A stretch of 59,532 nt of DNA, the filler included. It is 9 parts of 9 records of this genome, joined end to end, with 100 filler letters (N's around TTAATTAATTAA, not from the genome) between each part and the next. Parts side by side here need not be neighbours in the genome. Positions count along the whole stretch, not along the records: positions 38,730 to 47,848 come from SRR31147125_21644; positions 47,949 to 53,733 come from SRR31147125_21647; 7 more parts are not named here. One strand, written 5' to 3'. The position numbers and the translations under genes are program-made. Of the stretch, positions 40,273 to 51,964 are shown one piece after another. The notes beneath the pieces are model-generated. The model made no database searches, was not told the origin of the DNA, and saw nothing but the letters and a program-made list of their open reading frames with translations. Within the stretch, counting starts at the first letter, position 1. Each line of letters begins with the position of its first letter.

Positions 40273-41640
40273 TTGGACTGGATTAGTCTATTAAAATCCA
40301 CCATACGTCTGGGGCATGTGTATGAGCTTGCCAGAACGCCGGGATCGGAGAGCACCTCCGTGGGCGAGGAACTACGGCTTGCAAACGCCAGCGGCCTCTT
40401 TTACATGGCCACCTGTCGCCTTCTGGAATACCTTCAAAAACGGGACATGGAAACCCCCATGGGGTTTCACTCCATCACGCCGTTTCACGATGAGTTGATC
40501 AAGGAGTTTCCCCGATTTTCCCTGGCAGATGTCAAATTTCTGGTCAATTTCCTGGCAACAGAGATCGAACTCAAGTTTCCGGGTGATTCCCGTGCAGTCA
40601 AAGCGGAAACGCCGCTTTTGGAAAAGACCCGGGCCGGGTATCGGGTCCGGCTGTCGGCCAACGGTCGAACTGTGGTCAACCTTTCCTATAATATTGAAGA
40701 GATTCTGTATGCCGAACAGAGCGCCAGGAAGCTGATTCGAGCCATAGAAATTTCCGATTTCAAAGGATTCGAGGCGCTTTCCGAAAAGCTGGTGCATGAG
40801 CTATTCACAAAATCCTACGAGATTCGAATTCTGATGGAGACCGCCGGACGGGAGCATCTGCGCCGGGAATATGAAAAGAATCACGAGTTTTACAACGAAA
40901 CCTTGGAGAAGGTTCGGCTCACCATCCAGGAACTCCATGACACCCTCAGGGAGGAAAAAACCATCCGGAAGATCGAAACCTTTATGGAGGAGAACGAGTC
41001 CGACAGCTATCTTGTCTACTCCCTCAATGCCAAGCTGAGTCGAATCAACGAAGCCTTGCTTGGGTTTCAGACCAACCTTTCGGAATTGCTTAAATCCCTG
41101 CTGCTTCATACTGAGGAGTTTGTCTCCAGCGTGAACTTCATAGGACTTGCCTCCCGGATTGTTCAAAGGGGAATCTCCGATGCAAAGATCGCATCGATTT
41201 TGGATCTCAATGGGATCTGGCGCCCCACCAACGCCGTTGCCAACCCAACGGATATCTATAAACCCATCGAGCTTCCTTCGCGAACATCGGATGAAGGCTC
41301 CCTCACCTTTGATATGCAGGAAGGGGAGGTGGTGGTGACACGCCTCAATCGGTTCCTCAACGAAAATAGAGAAATGATCGTGGAGCGACTGGACAAAGAA
41401 AAACAGATCCCTCTGTCGGAGATCATGCAGGATGACAGCTTTGCGGTGGACGACCTGGAGGAGCTCACGGCCCTGGTGGGGCTCTTTATCAACCCTCAGC
41501 CCTTGGATATTGCCATGGTCATCACCATCGACTCCCAAAAGCTCTCAACGTTCAACTCCGGTCAATGGCATGTCCGGTTCAATGATCTGGTGCTCCAGCG
41601 GGCACCGGAACAGATGCCGCTATTCAATGAAGAAAAATAA
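40273..41640 (+). CDS. Hypothetical protein; candidate kleisin (MukF/MksF/JetA-like)
   Basis: 455 aa with an N-terminal segment ending in a wing-like YRVRLSANG, a long helical middle and a short C-terminal domain. First gene of the SMC operon. Assignment is positional and structural inference. Confidence 0.55.
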   Translation: MDWISLLKSTIRLGHVYELARTPGSESTSVGEELRLANASGLFYMATCRLLEYLQKRDMETPMGFHSITPFHDELIKEFPRFSLADVKFLVNFLATEIELKFPGDSRAVKAETPLLEKTRAGYRVRLSANGRTVVNLSYNIEEILYAEQSARKLIRAIEISDFKGFEALSEKLVHELFTKSYEIRILMETAGREHLRREYEKNHEFYNETLEKVRLTIQELHDTLREEKTIRKIETFMEENESDSYLVYSLNAKLSRINEALLGFQTNLSELLKSLLLHTEEFVSSVNFIGLASRIVQRGISDAKIASILDLNGIWRPTNAVANPTDIYKPIELPSRTSDEGSLTFDMQEGEVVVTRLNRFLNENREMIVERLDKEKQIPLSEIMQDDSFAVDDLEELTALVGLFINPQPLDIAMVITIDSQKLSTFNSGQWHVRFNDLVLQRAPEQMPLFNEEK

Positions 41641-41701
41641 AATTTTTATGATTTGTTGTGGCAAAAGGGTTTGCCATGACCGTTATATGTAAGGATACTA
41701 T

Positions 41702-42826
41702 TTGGTGATGTTTGAAGATCCCCAGATTCTCGGTAAATTGTATGGATACCTGATCACCCACCGGATTTTAAGAACCCGAGTGGGCGAGAATGAAAAATTT
41801 TACCCTGAAGAGAAAGAGCTTGCCCAGGCGTATAAATCCCTGGACAAGCACTCCAAAATTGCGTTTGAAGAGTTTTTGACCGGCTCCGGCTTCAAGCTGA
41901 TCCGGTATGATGCCTTTTCATATCCCGGACTTCCCCAGGGAAGCACTTGCTATGTACTCATCCGAAACAGCATGGAGCATGTTCCCCAATGGCTGAAACC
42001 GTCCAACATCTACGACACGGTCATTGCCAGAAAGGGCCATAAAAGCAATACTCAGCGGGTGTTGCGTCTCTGGTTTTTTATCATCTGGCTCAACATGCTG
42101 GCCCTTCTTTACAAAGGGAATCGTCCCCTTTCCGCCGTGAGTGAAGCCGGTAAGATGAGCTTTACCGACGATCTTCTGATCAAGCAGATCACCGATTTCA
42201 TCGAGCTTGAAATCCGCCAGAAGAGTGATGCAGATGCCTACGATCAGTTCATCCGGGAAGTGCTGCTGGCAGACAATCCAAGGGATTTGAGACGACGGGT
42301 CACAGGGTTTCTGGAGTTCATGATTCGGATTTCCTACTTGAGTCGCTACACCTTTGAAGGGCAGATTGTCTATACCCAAACTTTGGTGATGGCATCGGAA
42401 GTGGCATCCAATTACTCGGATTGCTTTGCCTATCTGGTGAACGAATATGACGAAGAGGTCATGCCGCCACCGGAAGAGGGGAGCGAGGTGGATAACGATT
42501 CGGATGCCGCCGATCCGGACACCTCCCAAATCAAGCAAATACTAAAGGAGCGGTACTTTGACGGGTATACCCCGGATAGTGAAAGTGATCGAAATTCAGC
42601 CCCCCTTGATTCCGTGTCAGAAGATGGTGGGGATATTTCTACAACCGAATCCGGATCCCAAGGCCGGAATCCTCAAGATAATGAAATAGGGATGAGCAAT
42701 CAAGGGAAAGGGACAACAGGTCAAGAAAAATCAGAAGAGAAAGCTGAAAAAAGCATCCAGCAATCCCTTTTTTCAGATGCGGACAATGCAGGGACGGGGG
42801 GCAGACAGTTCCGAGAAGTCAGATAG
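41702..42826 (+). CDS. Hypothetical protein; candidate KITE subunit (MukE/MksE/JetB-like) with acidic disordered tail
   Basis: About 250-aa folded part containing a hydrophobic helix (WFFIIWLNMLALLY), plus about 120 aa of low-complexity tail. Lies between the kleisin-like and SMC-like genes. Confidence 0.5.
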   Translation: MVMFEDPQILGKLYGYLITHRILRTRVGENEKFYPEEKELAQAYKSLDKHSKIAFEEFLTGSGFKLIRYDAFSYPGLPQGSTCYVLIRNSMEHVPQWLKPSNIYDTVIARKGHKSNTQRVLRLWFFIIWLNMLALLYKGNRPLSAVSEAGKMSFTDDLLIKQITDFIELEIRQKSDADAYDQFIREVLLADNPRDLRRRVTGFLEFMIRISYLSRYTFEGQIVYTQTLVMASEVASNYSDCFAYLVNEYDEEVMPPPEEGSEVDNDSDAADPDTSQIKQILKERYFDGYTPDSESDRNSAPLDSVSEDGGDISTTESGSQGRNPQDNEIGMSNQGKGTTGQEKSEEKAEKSIQQSLFSDADNAGTGGRQFREVR

Positions 42827-42911
42827 AGACGTCAATTTGAGCCGTGCCGATCGTTCAGACAATGGTGACAGCGCGGCTGAGAAAGATGGAAAAGGGGAGG
42901 CGTTGTAAGTC

Positions 42912-45900
42912 ATGTCGTTGATCAATCGAATCGAGCTCAGTAACTTTCTGGTGGGAACCTCCAAAACCGCCAATTATCGGCATGCCGTGTTTGACTTTGA
43001 AGGAAAATCCACTGCAGTGGTCATGGGAAACGGCGGGGGAAAGACCACCATCAACAATGCCCTCATCGGCATGATGTCCAGAAATACCTCCATGATCGGG
43101 AAGACGCGAGCGCTGATGGCCATTCCCGGCCCCGGATCGGTCTATTCCCATGTTCGCATCGAGTTATTAAAGCCCGACGACGAGAGCGGCAATCAGAAAG
43201 CTCTTCCCGGAATGACATCCATGCTTACCGGAGAGACCTGGGTGTTCGGCATCTGCGGGTATGCCGGTGATAACGGTATGCTCTACTACTACTATTATCC
43301 CGGTGTATTGGAAGATACTGCTGTGGTCAAAGGGGCATTGACGGGAAGCGGAAACGGGAAAAGTGCCCTTGCCGACAAAAATAACGAGACCGGCACAAGT
43401 GAGAGGGATGGGATCCCTTCGGCCATGACCGGCGCAAAGCCGGGTAGGGCGATCACGCTTATCAGTAACGCCGGATTCCGGGAGAAGATCAAAGCGATCC
43501 CAAAAGCCAGAATCGGACGCCCCATCCCACGGGACGAGTGGCTCCAGGCCATGCACGAGCACATCTCTCCCCAGCAGGTGGAGCAGCACCGCCATTTTCA
43601 TTCCGCAGGTGGGGGGGACAAATCCGCAGACCTTTACAAAACCAGCCGGGTGCCCCATGAGGCATTCCATCAAACCTTTTTTTACGAGCATATCGCTCCC
43701 CAGCTCACCATGGGGTCGGCCCTGGATTTGCGGGAAGCGACCCACATCGGCGGAGATGACTTTGGTCACGGCGACTACTTTCTGGATGAGAAGATTCTGG
43801 ATATCTCCCTCAGTATCATCAACACCCAGATCCAAGCTCAAAATAAGAAAACGGAACTGAACAAGCAGGAAAACGCCATCGACCTTCTCAACACCCTGGC
43901 ACGGGTGGTGGAAGATATCAACGGATCCCTTGATTCCAGGGAAGAGATGCAGCAGGCCATTGAATCCACTGCCGCGCTCATGAAATATCTGGTGATTGAC
44001 CATCCTCTGCCGGGACTTCCCGCCATGGTGGAATCCGGAGTGGAGATGGTGGACGCTCTGGTCGAGGAAATTGTGATCGTTCCCAACATGAAGCCGGTCT
44101 TCATGATCCGGGACAAAGGCCTTGCCGTTCTCACCAACCAGGTGGTGAAACGGATTAACGAGCATGCCCAGCGGTCCGGTATTCAAGGCGCTCAGCCCAC
44201 CCAGATGTTGACGCTCATCACCGACATGGACGGAATCAAAGAGGTAAAGCGGGGCAAGAATAAAAAATATCCAGGTAAGCTCTACTCTCTGGACAATGGC
44301 TTATCCCTTCTGGATCGCGCCTCCATGAAGTTTCTCAGCGGACACGAGGATGAGTCTGAAGAGTTCCGGGAGTCGTTGAAAAACGCCCTTTCCAGGGCCT
44401 TTGACCATTTTGAATCCCGAATGGACACCAGTCCTTTGCGAAAATCCCTGAAACGGATCGGCCGTCAGCTCAGCCAAGTCTCCGTCTCCCTTGAGCACCT
44501 TGAAGGGGAAAAGCGCAGGGACGAAGCCAGAAAGATGGATATCGAGAGCAATCTGGCCACCTTCCGATCGGATCAGCGATGTTTCCAGGAGATGGAAGAC
44601 TCCAATCTGTTCACCCCGGTGGAGCTGGAGCATCCCGGTTCCTGCAAAGGCAATCTGAAAAAAGATCAGGAAACCCTGCAGAAGGAGTACTCCGACTGCG
44701 TCAGCCGGGAAGCCATGCACCGGGCCGTGTTTGAAAAATATACCCGCTTTAAAGAGGCGTCTCCCCATGCAGCGCCGGTGGATGCCCTGACGCGTATTGA
44801 AAAGGAGGAAGAGACCCTCAAAGCGACAAAAGAGCGTCTAAAAGAGCAACTTATCGCGGTTCGCCAAAAGATGGGCGACACCCAAAAGAGCATCACCTCT
44901 CTCCATGAGCGTATTGACTCGGACAGAAAAGCGCTGGACCGGCTGGAGCCGCAATATCGGATTCACCAAAAGTTCCAGGAAGAGAGACCCGGAGAAAAGC
45001 CGGAGGAGATCCTGGAATCCATCATGGCTGAGGAAAAGGCGCTTCTATTTGATATGGAGGATTGCAAAAAATCGCTTAAAATCCTCAAGTTTAAGCGGAT
45101 TGCCCTGGAGAAAAACATCAAGAAGCAGACCCGGGAGTATGATGCCGTCCACCGGAAGCATCAATTCATGGCTGATTTCCATTCCGCCTATGAAGAGATG
45201 AGGGCCGTTTTTCCGGATGAAGAAATAGCCGGTATGGAGGATCGGGTCCGGGGGGAGCGGGCTGCCCTTGAAAGCAGGCTGAAGTCCATCGCCAACGAGA
45301 TCGGCAGGGTGGAAAAACGGGTGGCACAGGAAATTCGATTTCGGGATGAGGTCTCACCATTGCCGCCCCAGGAGTGGATGGAGTCCATTCAAAATGAGAG
45401 GGAAACCCTCTACGGCCATCGAAGCAGGCTCACCCGGCGCCTGGAATCCCTGAAGACGGAACTGGGCATCTTGAAAGATCGCAACGTGGCTCCGGGCGAG
45501 GTGTACCGCGATGCATTCGAGCGGGTTCCCAACCATATGAAGTGCACGTCTCTTTATCTTTTTCTCACCGGCCTCTTTGAGTCGGAAATGGGTAAAAAAG
45601 GGGATACCGCTCAAACTGCGGCTCTCCAAAAAGAGGAAGCCAATCCGTATCAGGACGACCAATCAGAAAACAGACAACCGTGTGATGAGGTCTCAACTGC
45701 TGACAGATCAAGCGATGGGAGTGATACCGTTGCATTGGAACGCTATCTATCGCTTTTCTCTTCATTTCTATTTGCTCCGGTGGTGACCACCGCCGAGGAT
45801 GCCGCCACATTGCTGACGGCGTTCGGCAGCACGGACGATGCCGAAGAGGCATTGCCGGTGCCGGTTTTTCTGGAAAATGAGCTGAGCGCCTTTATTGAAT

Positions 45901-47848
45901 CCCATCCGGTGGATCAGCTGACGGTTTGCGATGACACCCAGGTGATCTCCCACCTGTTTGCGGGCCGGAAAAATGAGTTGATCGAGTGTATTCTGGATCC
46001 CCAGGCCATCGAGCGTCAGCGGGAAGCCATTCGGGCCAAATCGGCGGTGGCTGAAGAAGAGCTGAAGCGAATTCAAACCCGGCTCAAAGAAATTGCGCCG
46101 GACAGCGCGCCCATGACCCTGGCCCTTCGCGCCGTTGAATCCATCGAGACCAAGGCGGCAGAGCGCTTGGAAGCCGCCAAAATAGAGAAAACAGAGCGGA
46201 TGGAGGCGCAGGCCGATTTTCTGGAGAAATATCCGGAATCCCGCTACACCCTGTTCCGGGAGGCCGAGCAGTTCGTCAAAAAAGGGGGAATTGAAACCTG
46301 GACCTCCCTTCAAGCTTCCGTCACCACCCTTGAAACAACCCTGGAAAATCTTGGAAAAGAAGAGCGTTCTCTGGAGGATCAAACCGCTAAAACCGAAGAG
46401 GAACATAAAAAGGCAAAACGTCTCTTTTACGACCATAAGAACCGTCATGAGCTGCAAAAGTCCGAATTGATCCGCCTCATCGATTTTTACAAATCCGGTG
46501 ATCTCGATATCTACGAAAAACGTGTCGAAACCGTTCGCTTCAACACCATGGAGCTGGAAGAGTTTGAAGCGGAGCAGGATCGGGACACCGAGGCCGAGGC
46601 AAGGCTCACCCGTGAAAAAGAGCTGGCCGATGAGCGCTATACCGAAAGCATGACAACCAATGTTCCCCAAAAGCAGGCGCTCAAAGAGATGATCCTATTT
46701 GTGGAGAGCGACGATTTCGGTTTCATGAAGGATGCGGCATCCAGGATCGAAAAGATCCGGGAGCGAATCGACATCATCAATCAAAAGCTCAATTTCAGGA
46801 TGGATGAGGCCCAGCGGTTTGTGGATCACCTGGCCATGAGCGAGTCGGGAGAGCGGGAGCGGATCGACGAGATCAACCGTCATCTTCAAGAGACCTTGGC
46901 GCGCATGGAAGCGCTCAGCGAGAAAAAGCGGAAACTGACGGATCAGCAGACCGATTTCAGTATTGCCTCTCCCCAGTATGATCGGATTTTGTGCCAGATC
47001 GTATCCCACTTCATGACCCCAAATATTCAGTACAAGAAAAAACTCCCCAAAGGATTTGACTTTCCCGGTCCGGTGGCGGCAAAAATCAATCGGCTCTACT
47101 CGTTGGGGAACGGTTCCGGGGCAAAGGAGCTGCCCCGGCAGGACAGTGTAGAAAATACAAATGGTGTCGGCGGTATCGATGGCGCGGATGGTACAACCGG
47201 AGAATCAGGTGCACTCGGCGCACATAACGGTACCGGAAGCGGAAACATCGAATCCATGCACGCTCCCCTTAAAGAGAAAACGTACATCAGTTATACTGCC
47301 GGCGGCACCGTCACCCAGGATATTGTGTCGGATGTTGATGCCTTGAACGACTACTTCGACAATGCCGGGATCAGTTCCTTTGCCGACAAGATCAAGGCCA
47401 TGACCAAAAAATTCAATCCCATCGAAGACTCTATCGGGAGACGTTGGAAAAGGGATTGGAGGATCCCGACATTCCGTTTAAACATTATGAAAAAGAGCAT
47501 CTGCAGGAAACCTTGTCCCGCCCTGAATTTCTGTTGGAGATCCGTAAAACCTACATGGAGATCTACGAACGGGAAAAGGCAAACTACGAACGGGTGGCTG
47601 AAACCGAAGAGGCCCTTCGAACCGGACTTGCCAAAGATTTGACCCGTCTCACCGACAAGGCCCATGACAACTTCATTATCTTAAAAAAGATCCTCAAAAA
47701 CTATCGAAACGCCAGCGGTGCCTCCTTTGACGTGAAAGTGGCCATTGCCGGGCGGGATAATATTCGGGATGCCATCGAAGGGCTCATCGGCACCATCAAG
47801 ACCAAGCACGAGCTCTATATCGAAAAGGATCATGAGCTGATCGAAAAA
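42912..47848 (+). CDS. SMC-like ATPase (MukB/MksB/JetC-like), frameshift near 47426, 3'-truncated
   Basis: N-terminal INRIELSNF and Walker A GNGGGKTT. Very long coiled coils around a central globular segment (LFAPVV...PVPVF). Continues into ORF 47444 onward after adding one A. Walker B lies beyond the contig. Confidence 0.85.
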
Positions 47849-47948
47849 NNNNNNNNNNNNNNNNNNNNNNNNNNNNNNNNNNNNNNNNNNNNTTAATTAA
47901 TTAANNNNNNNNNNNNNNNNNNNNNNNNNNNNNNNNNNNNNNNNNNNN

Positions 47949-48520
47949 AAAAAAACTCTCCCGAATACTGCGTCTTCATTCCTTCTGCATGCCAAAACAT
48001 CTCAAAAGCATTTAAAGCTCTAAAAAATCTTGAGGCACCATATCCTACATGAAATGCAATCTGCTTTTCAATTTTAACATTCCATCTCATATCTCCTGCA
48101 TCACACATATATTCAGGGTGCTCTTTTATATCTTGCTCATCTATTTTAACTTCACCAGTCATATGATTCTCTGTCAGCGTACATTTATCCACTTTCAAGT
48201 CAAGTTTGTCTTTTGCAACCTGCAGGGTATCAATTGGATAAAATCCGTGAATCTGTTTTGCATCTTTTCCCCATGCACCGGCCTTTACCATAACATATGA
48301 CGGTCTTTTTTTTACCGCTTTGTTTTGCGGCAATTGACCAAATACTGGTTTGGCTTCACCAAGTAAAGGGTTTATTACAAAGTATTCAATAAAAAAAGAT
48401 TTTTCTTGTCCATCTTGTTTGCTGTAACCAGTAAACGAATGCCACCACCAGTCATAACCCTTTTTCTTCAAAAGGTCCTTTAAGCATATAATTGTTTCTA
48501 GATGCATCTGATTTATTCAT
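47949..48520 (-). CDS. Tocopherol-cyclase-like family protein (frameshift near 48475, 3'-truncated)
   Basis: MNKSDASRNNYMLKGP then GYDWWWHSFTG, FFIEYF.INP, PSY.MVKAG.WG, FEMFWHAEGMKT. Confidence 0.75.
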
Positions 48521-48637
48521 AATTGTCTCTTCTTTTTTAAAAAATAGTAAACTTAACTTTTAAATTAACATTCAATGTTTGAAATATAATGATACTAATA
48601 TTATAATACAATTAAATAGCGTTTTAAAGGATATATA

Positions 48638-49407
48638 ATGAAGAATATTGACTACAATAGAAATATACTAAAGGGCATTGAATTAAAGAAAACTACAAAC
48701 GAACTGCAAGCTGCTAAAGCGCATCTGCATAGCGAACTATCTATAGGTTTTATTTCTAGCGGGTCTTCAACTGTCACTAGTAAAAAATCAAAGCTTAGAT
48801 TTCATGGTGGAGATGGCCTTTTAATCCCTCCTTATTATACTCATATGTGTATTCCTGATGATGCAGATAATTGGCTTGTAGCGATGATGTATATTGATGA
48901 TGAGATTTTTGAAGATAAAGGTTTTGATTTTGGCGTTATGCGCAAATTAACACAAAAAGAATTATCAGATTTTAAAGCAATATTGAATTTGATAGAGGAT
49001 AATAATCTTGGATTCGAACTGGAAAATAGCATAACAGATTTAGTCATTTCGTTGGCTTGCTTTGATGATAGTAAAGGTATAAAAGATGAAGATGATGCCG
49101 TTCTTTCTGTTTATAACTATATCAAAAAAAACTTCCTAAAAAACATATCATTAGAAGAATTACAAGCGGACTTTTTTTAAATAAGTATTCTTTAATTAGA
49201 AATTTTAAACTAAGATATAACACAACGCCAAGTGCTTTTCAGCTGCAACTAAAAACAGACTATAGTAAAAAGCTTTTAGCACAAGGCTTGTCTCTTTCCT
49301 ACGTTTGTAACGCTGCTGGTTTTTATGACCAAGCACATTTTTCTAAAGAATTTAAAAAATCACACAGTGTAACGCCAGCCGAGTACCAAAGCCATATTAA
49401 TATCTAG
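48638..49407 (+). CDS. AraC family transcriptional regulator (frameshift in T run near 49172-49178)
   Basis: Cupin H.H.E...H.C. Next frame gives NKYSLIRNFK...TP...GFYDQAHFSKEFKK...VTP.EY with TAG at 49405-07. Confidence 0.9.
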
Positions 49408-49468
49408 TCAATATCGTACAATACAGCCATATTTATTCGTCATATAATCCATATATCGGAGGTTGTAT

Positions 49469-50353
49469 ATGGATAAATTTAAATTAGTTTTTGTCATGTT
49501 TTTATGGGGAAGCATAGGCGTCTTTACAAGATATATAAGCATAGAACCCATTTTATTATCCTTTTTAAGGTCAATAATAGCATTACCCGTTATATATATT
49601 TTTTTTAAGATTGAAAACAAGAAGCCTTTATCAAAGGTTATTAGCTTTAAAGGTGCTTTGCCTTTTATTATGAGTGGTGTACTTTTGGCTTTTGGGTGGC
49701 TCTTTTTATTTTTGGCATATGAAAAAACAAGTATTTCAATTTCGGTCTTGGTTTATAACCTTGCCCCCATTTATGTTCTTTTACTTGCACCGACAGTATT
49801 AAAAGAAAAGCTTTCTATCCTACAAATAGCGTGTATTTTATTTGCTTTTATTGGTCTTGGGTTAATAGTAAGCGGAGCTTTAAACGAAAGTGATTTTAGT
49901 ATTAGTGGTTTAATGTGCGCTCTTTGTTCGGGTATTATTTATGCTAGCATCATTCTGCTCAATAGAAAAACAAAAAGCACTTATAGCACAACAACCATTA
50001 TATTAATACAGTTAATATCCTCAAGTATAATATTGTTTCCTTTTGCTATTTTGGGTAAAAATATCGACATAGCCCAGTTTAACATAACGACAATTGCTTT
50101 AATAATAATTCTTGGAATAATTCACACAGGGCTTGCATACCATATGTATTTTTCTGTTTACAAGACACTACCTGCTTCATCAATAGCTACTATAGGCTAT
50201 TTAGAACCTGTTTTTGGTATATTATTAAGTGCCCTTCTTTTAAATGAGATTATGCAAGTAAATCAAATAGTAGGTGGTTTTTTGATTCTTATATCTACTT
50301 ATATTGCAGAAAGATATAAGGTTAAAAATATAAATCCAGTTAGATCACAATAG
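49469..50353 (+). CDS. DMT/EamA family transporter
   Basis: About 10 TM helices. LWGS, YNLAPI...LKEK, GIIHTG.AY, YLEPV. Confidence 0.92.
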   Translation: MDKFKLVFVMFLWGSIGVFTRYISIEPILLSFLRSIIALPVIYIFFKIENKKPLSKVISFKGALPFIMSGVLLAFGWLFLFLAYEKTSISISVLVYNLAPIYVLLLAPTVLKEKLSILQIACILFAFIGLGLIVSGALNESDFSISGLMCALCSGIIYASIILLNRKTKSTYSTTTIILIQLISSSIILFPFAILGKNIDIAQFNITTIALIIILGIIHTGLAYHMYFSVYKTLPASSIATIGYLEPVFGILLSALLLNEIMQVNQIVGGFLILISTYIAERYKVKNINPVRSQ

Positions 50354-50599
50354 ATCTTATAAATACAATTGGATGTTATACTAATAAACTATCATAAACT
50401 AAAATTATAAAGCGAAACTAAAAACGCACAACATTTAAAAGTACACAAACTTTATATAAGTCTGTGTGCTTTTTGCTTTTTGTTGCATTGCTATCATTAT
50501 TATCCTTAATCTATGCTTTTCTAACTGTTCATTTATCGTGTTTGTATTTATACTATAAAAATAGTATAATTATAAAGCAAAATTATTGGAGGAAACACT

Positions 50600-51874
50600 A
50601 TGTTGGACAAACATATTTATGATAAATACAAGTTTTTATTAAAGTCAGAACTAAAGCCAGCCCTTGGCTGTACTGAGCCTATTGCTATAGCTTTTGCAGC
50701 AGCAAAGGCAAAAGAGGTTTTAGGAGATTTTCCTGATAGTATTACTGTAGAGTGTTCTGGAAATATTATCAAGAATGTAAAGGGTGTAATTGTTCCAACC
50801 ACTGGCGATTTACGCGGAGTAGAAACTAGCGCAATACTTGGTGTTGTTGGCGGAAACGCTTCAAAAGAACTTCAAGTTTTATCTGATATTGAACATGAAC
50901 ACGTTGAAAGAACACGAGAACTTTTAGAAGATGATATTTGTAATGTGGTGCTAAAAAAAGATGTTCCTGGGCTATATATAAATGTAATTCTCAAAAAAAA
51001 TGGTAAAAAAGCCTGTGTTGAAATTGTGGATACGCACCTAAATATCGTTAAAATAACAAAAGATAATGAAGTTTTGTTCATTAAAGATTACGAGGGCAAA
51101 TCAGATGCTACTCTTACAAAACATGATTTTAACGTTGATAACATCTATGAATTTGCGAACATTGTTGACCTTTGTGATGTTCAGGATATCATTCAAAAGC
51201 AAATAGAATTAAACACCAAAATTGCTGATGAAGGTATGGCAAAAAGTTACGGCGTAAATGTAGGAAAAGTGCTTAAAAACAGAAGCGATGATATTAGGAC
51301 TATTGCAAAAGCATACACAGCTGCTGGATCTGATGCCAGAATGGCAGGATGCACTATGCCAGTTATTATTAATGCTGGAAGCGGAAATCAAGGTATGACT
51401 GTTTCGATTCCTGTTATAAAGTATGCACAGCATATTGGCGTTTCTCATGAAAAGCTTATTAGGGCTCTGGTACTATCAAACCTTTTAGCACTATATCAAA
51501 AATCTGGCATAGGTAAGCTTTCTGCTTATTGTGGTGCTGTTAGCGCGGCTTGTGGTGCGGCTGCTGGTATAACGTATCTTTACGGACTTCCGCTGGATAC
51601 TATTAAGATGACAATAAAAAATGTACTTGGCAATGTTTCTGGGATAGTGTGTGATGGTGCAAAATCATCATGTGCGGCTAAGGTAGCTTCTTCTGTTGAT
51701 GCCGCAATTATGGGTCACGAAATGGCTATGAGCGATCAGGTTTTTTCTAGCGGAGAAGGTTTAAACCTTGAAGATGTTGATAAGACTATCGAAAATGTAT
51801 CTAAGCTTGCGAAAATTGGTATGAAAGAAACAGATGTTGAAATACTTGAACTGATGATAGAAAATAAAGATTGA
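50600..51874 (+). CDS. L-cysteine desulfidase / serine dehydratase alpha family (UPF0597, YhaM/CdsB-like)
   Basis: PALGCTEPIAIA, SGNIIKN, GSDARMAG, GSGNQG, LSAYCG, GIVCDGAK.SCA.K. Confidence 0.92.
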   Translation: MLDKHIYDKYKFLLKSELKPALGCTEPIAIAFAAAKAKEVLGDFPDSITVECSGNIIKNVKGVIVPTTGDLRGVETSAILGVVGGNASKELQVLSDIEHEHVERTRELLEDDICNVVLKKDVPGLYINVILKKNGKKACVEIVDTHLNIVKITKDNEVLFIKDYEGKSDATLTKHDFNVDNIYEFANIVDLCDVQDIIQKQIELNTKIADEGMAKSYGVNVGKVLKNRSDDIRTIAKAYTAAGSDARMAGCTMPVIINAGSGNQGMTVSIPVIKYAQHIGVSHEKLIRALVLSNLLALYQKSGIGKLSAYCGAVSAACGAAAGITYLYGLPLDTIKMTIKNVLGNVSGIVCDGAKSSCAAKVASSVDAAIMGHEMAMSDQVFSSGEGLNLEDVDKTIENVSKLAKIGMKETDVEILELMIENKD

Positions 51875-51891
51875 GCAAATCGTAGCTAATA

Positions 51892-51943
51892 TTGACTTAA
51901 CTAAGAATATCAGTTATGTTTTAGTGGATGATAAAAAATCATC
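51892..51943 (+). promoter_or_regulatory. SigA promoter and palindromic operator upstream of malic enzyme
   Basis: TTGACT-N17-TATGTT followed by perfect GATGAT-N5-ATCATC (51927-51943). Confidence 0.5.
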
Positions 51944-51964
51944 AAAGCATGTTAAAAAACGGCT

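Noticed and set aside
47420-47450. Programmed frameshift in the SMC gene
   Set aside because: No slippery heptamer with a stimulatory structure. It fits the window-wide pattern of single-base deletions.
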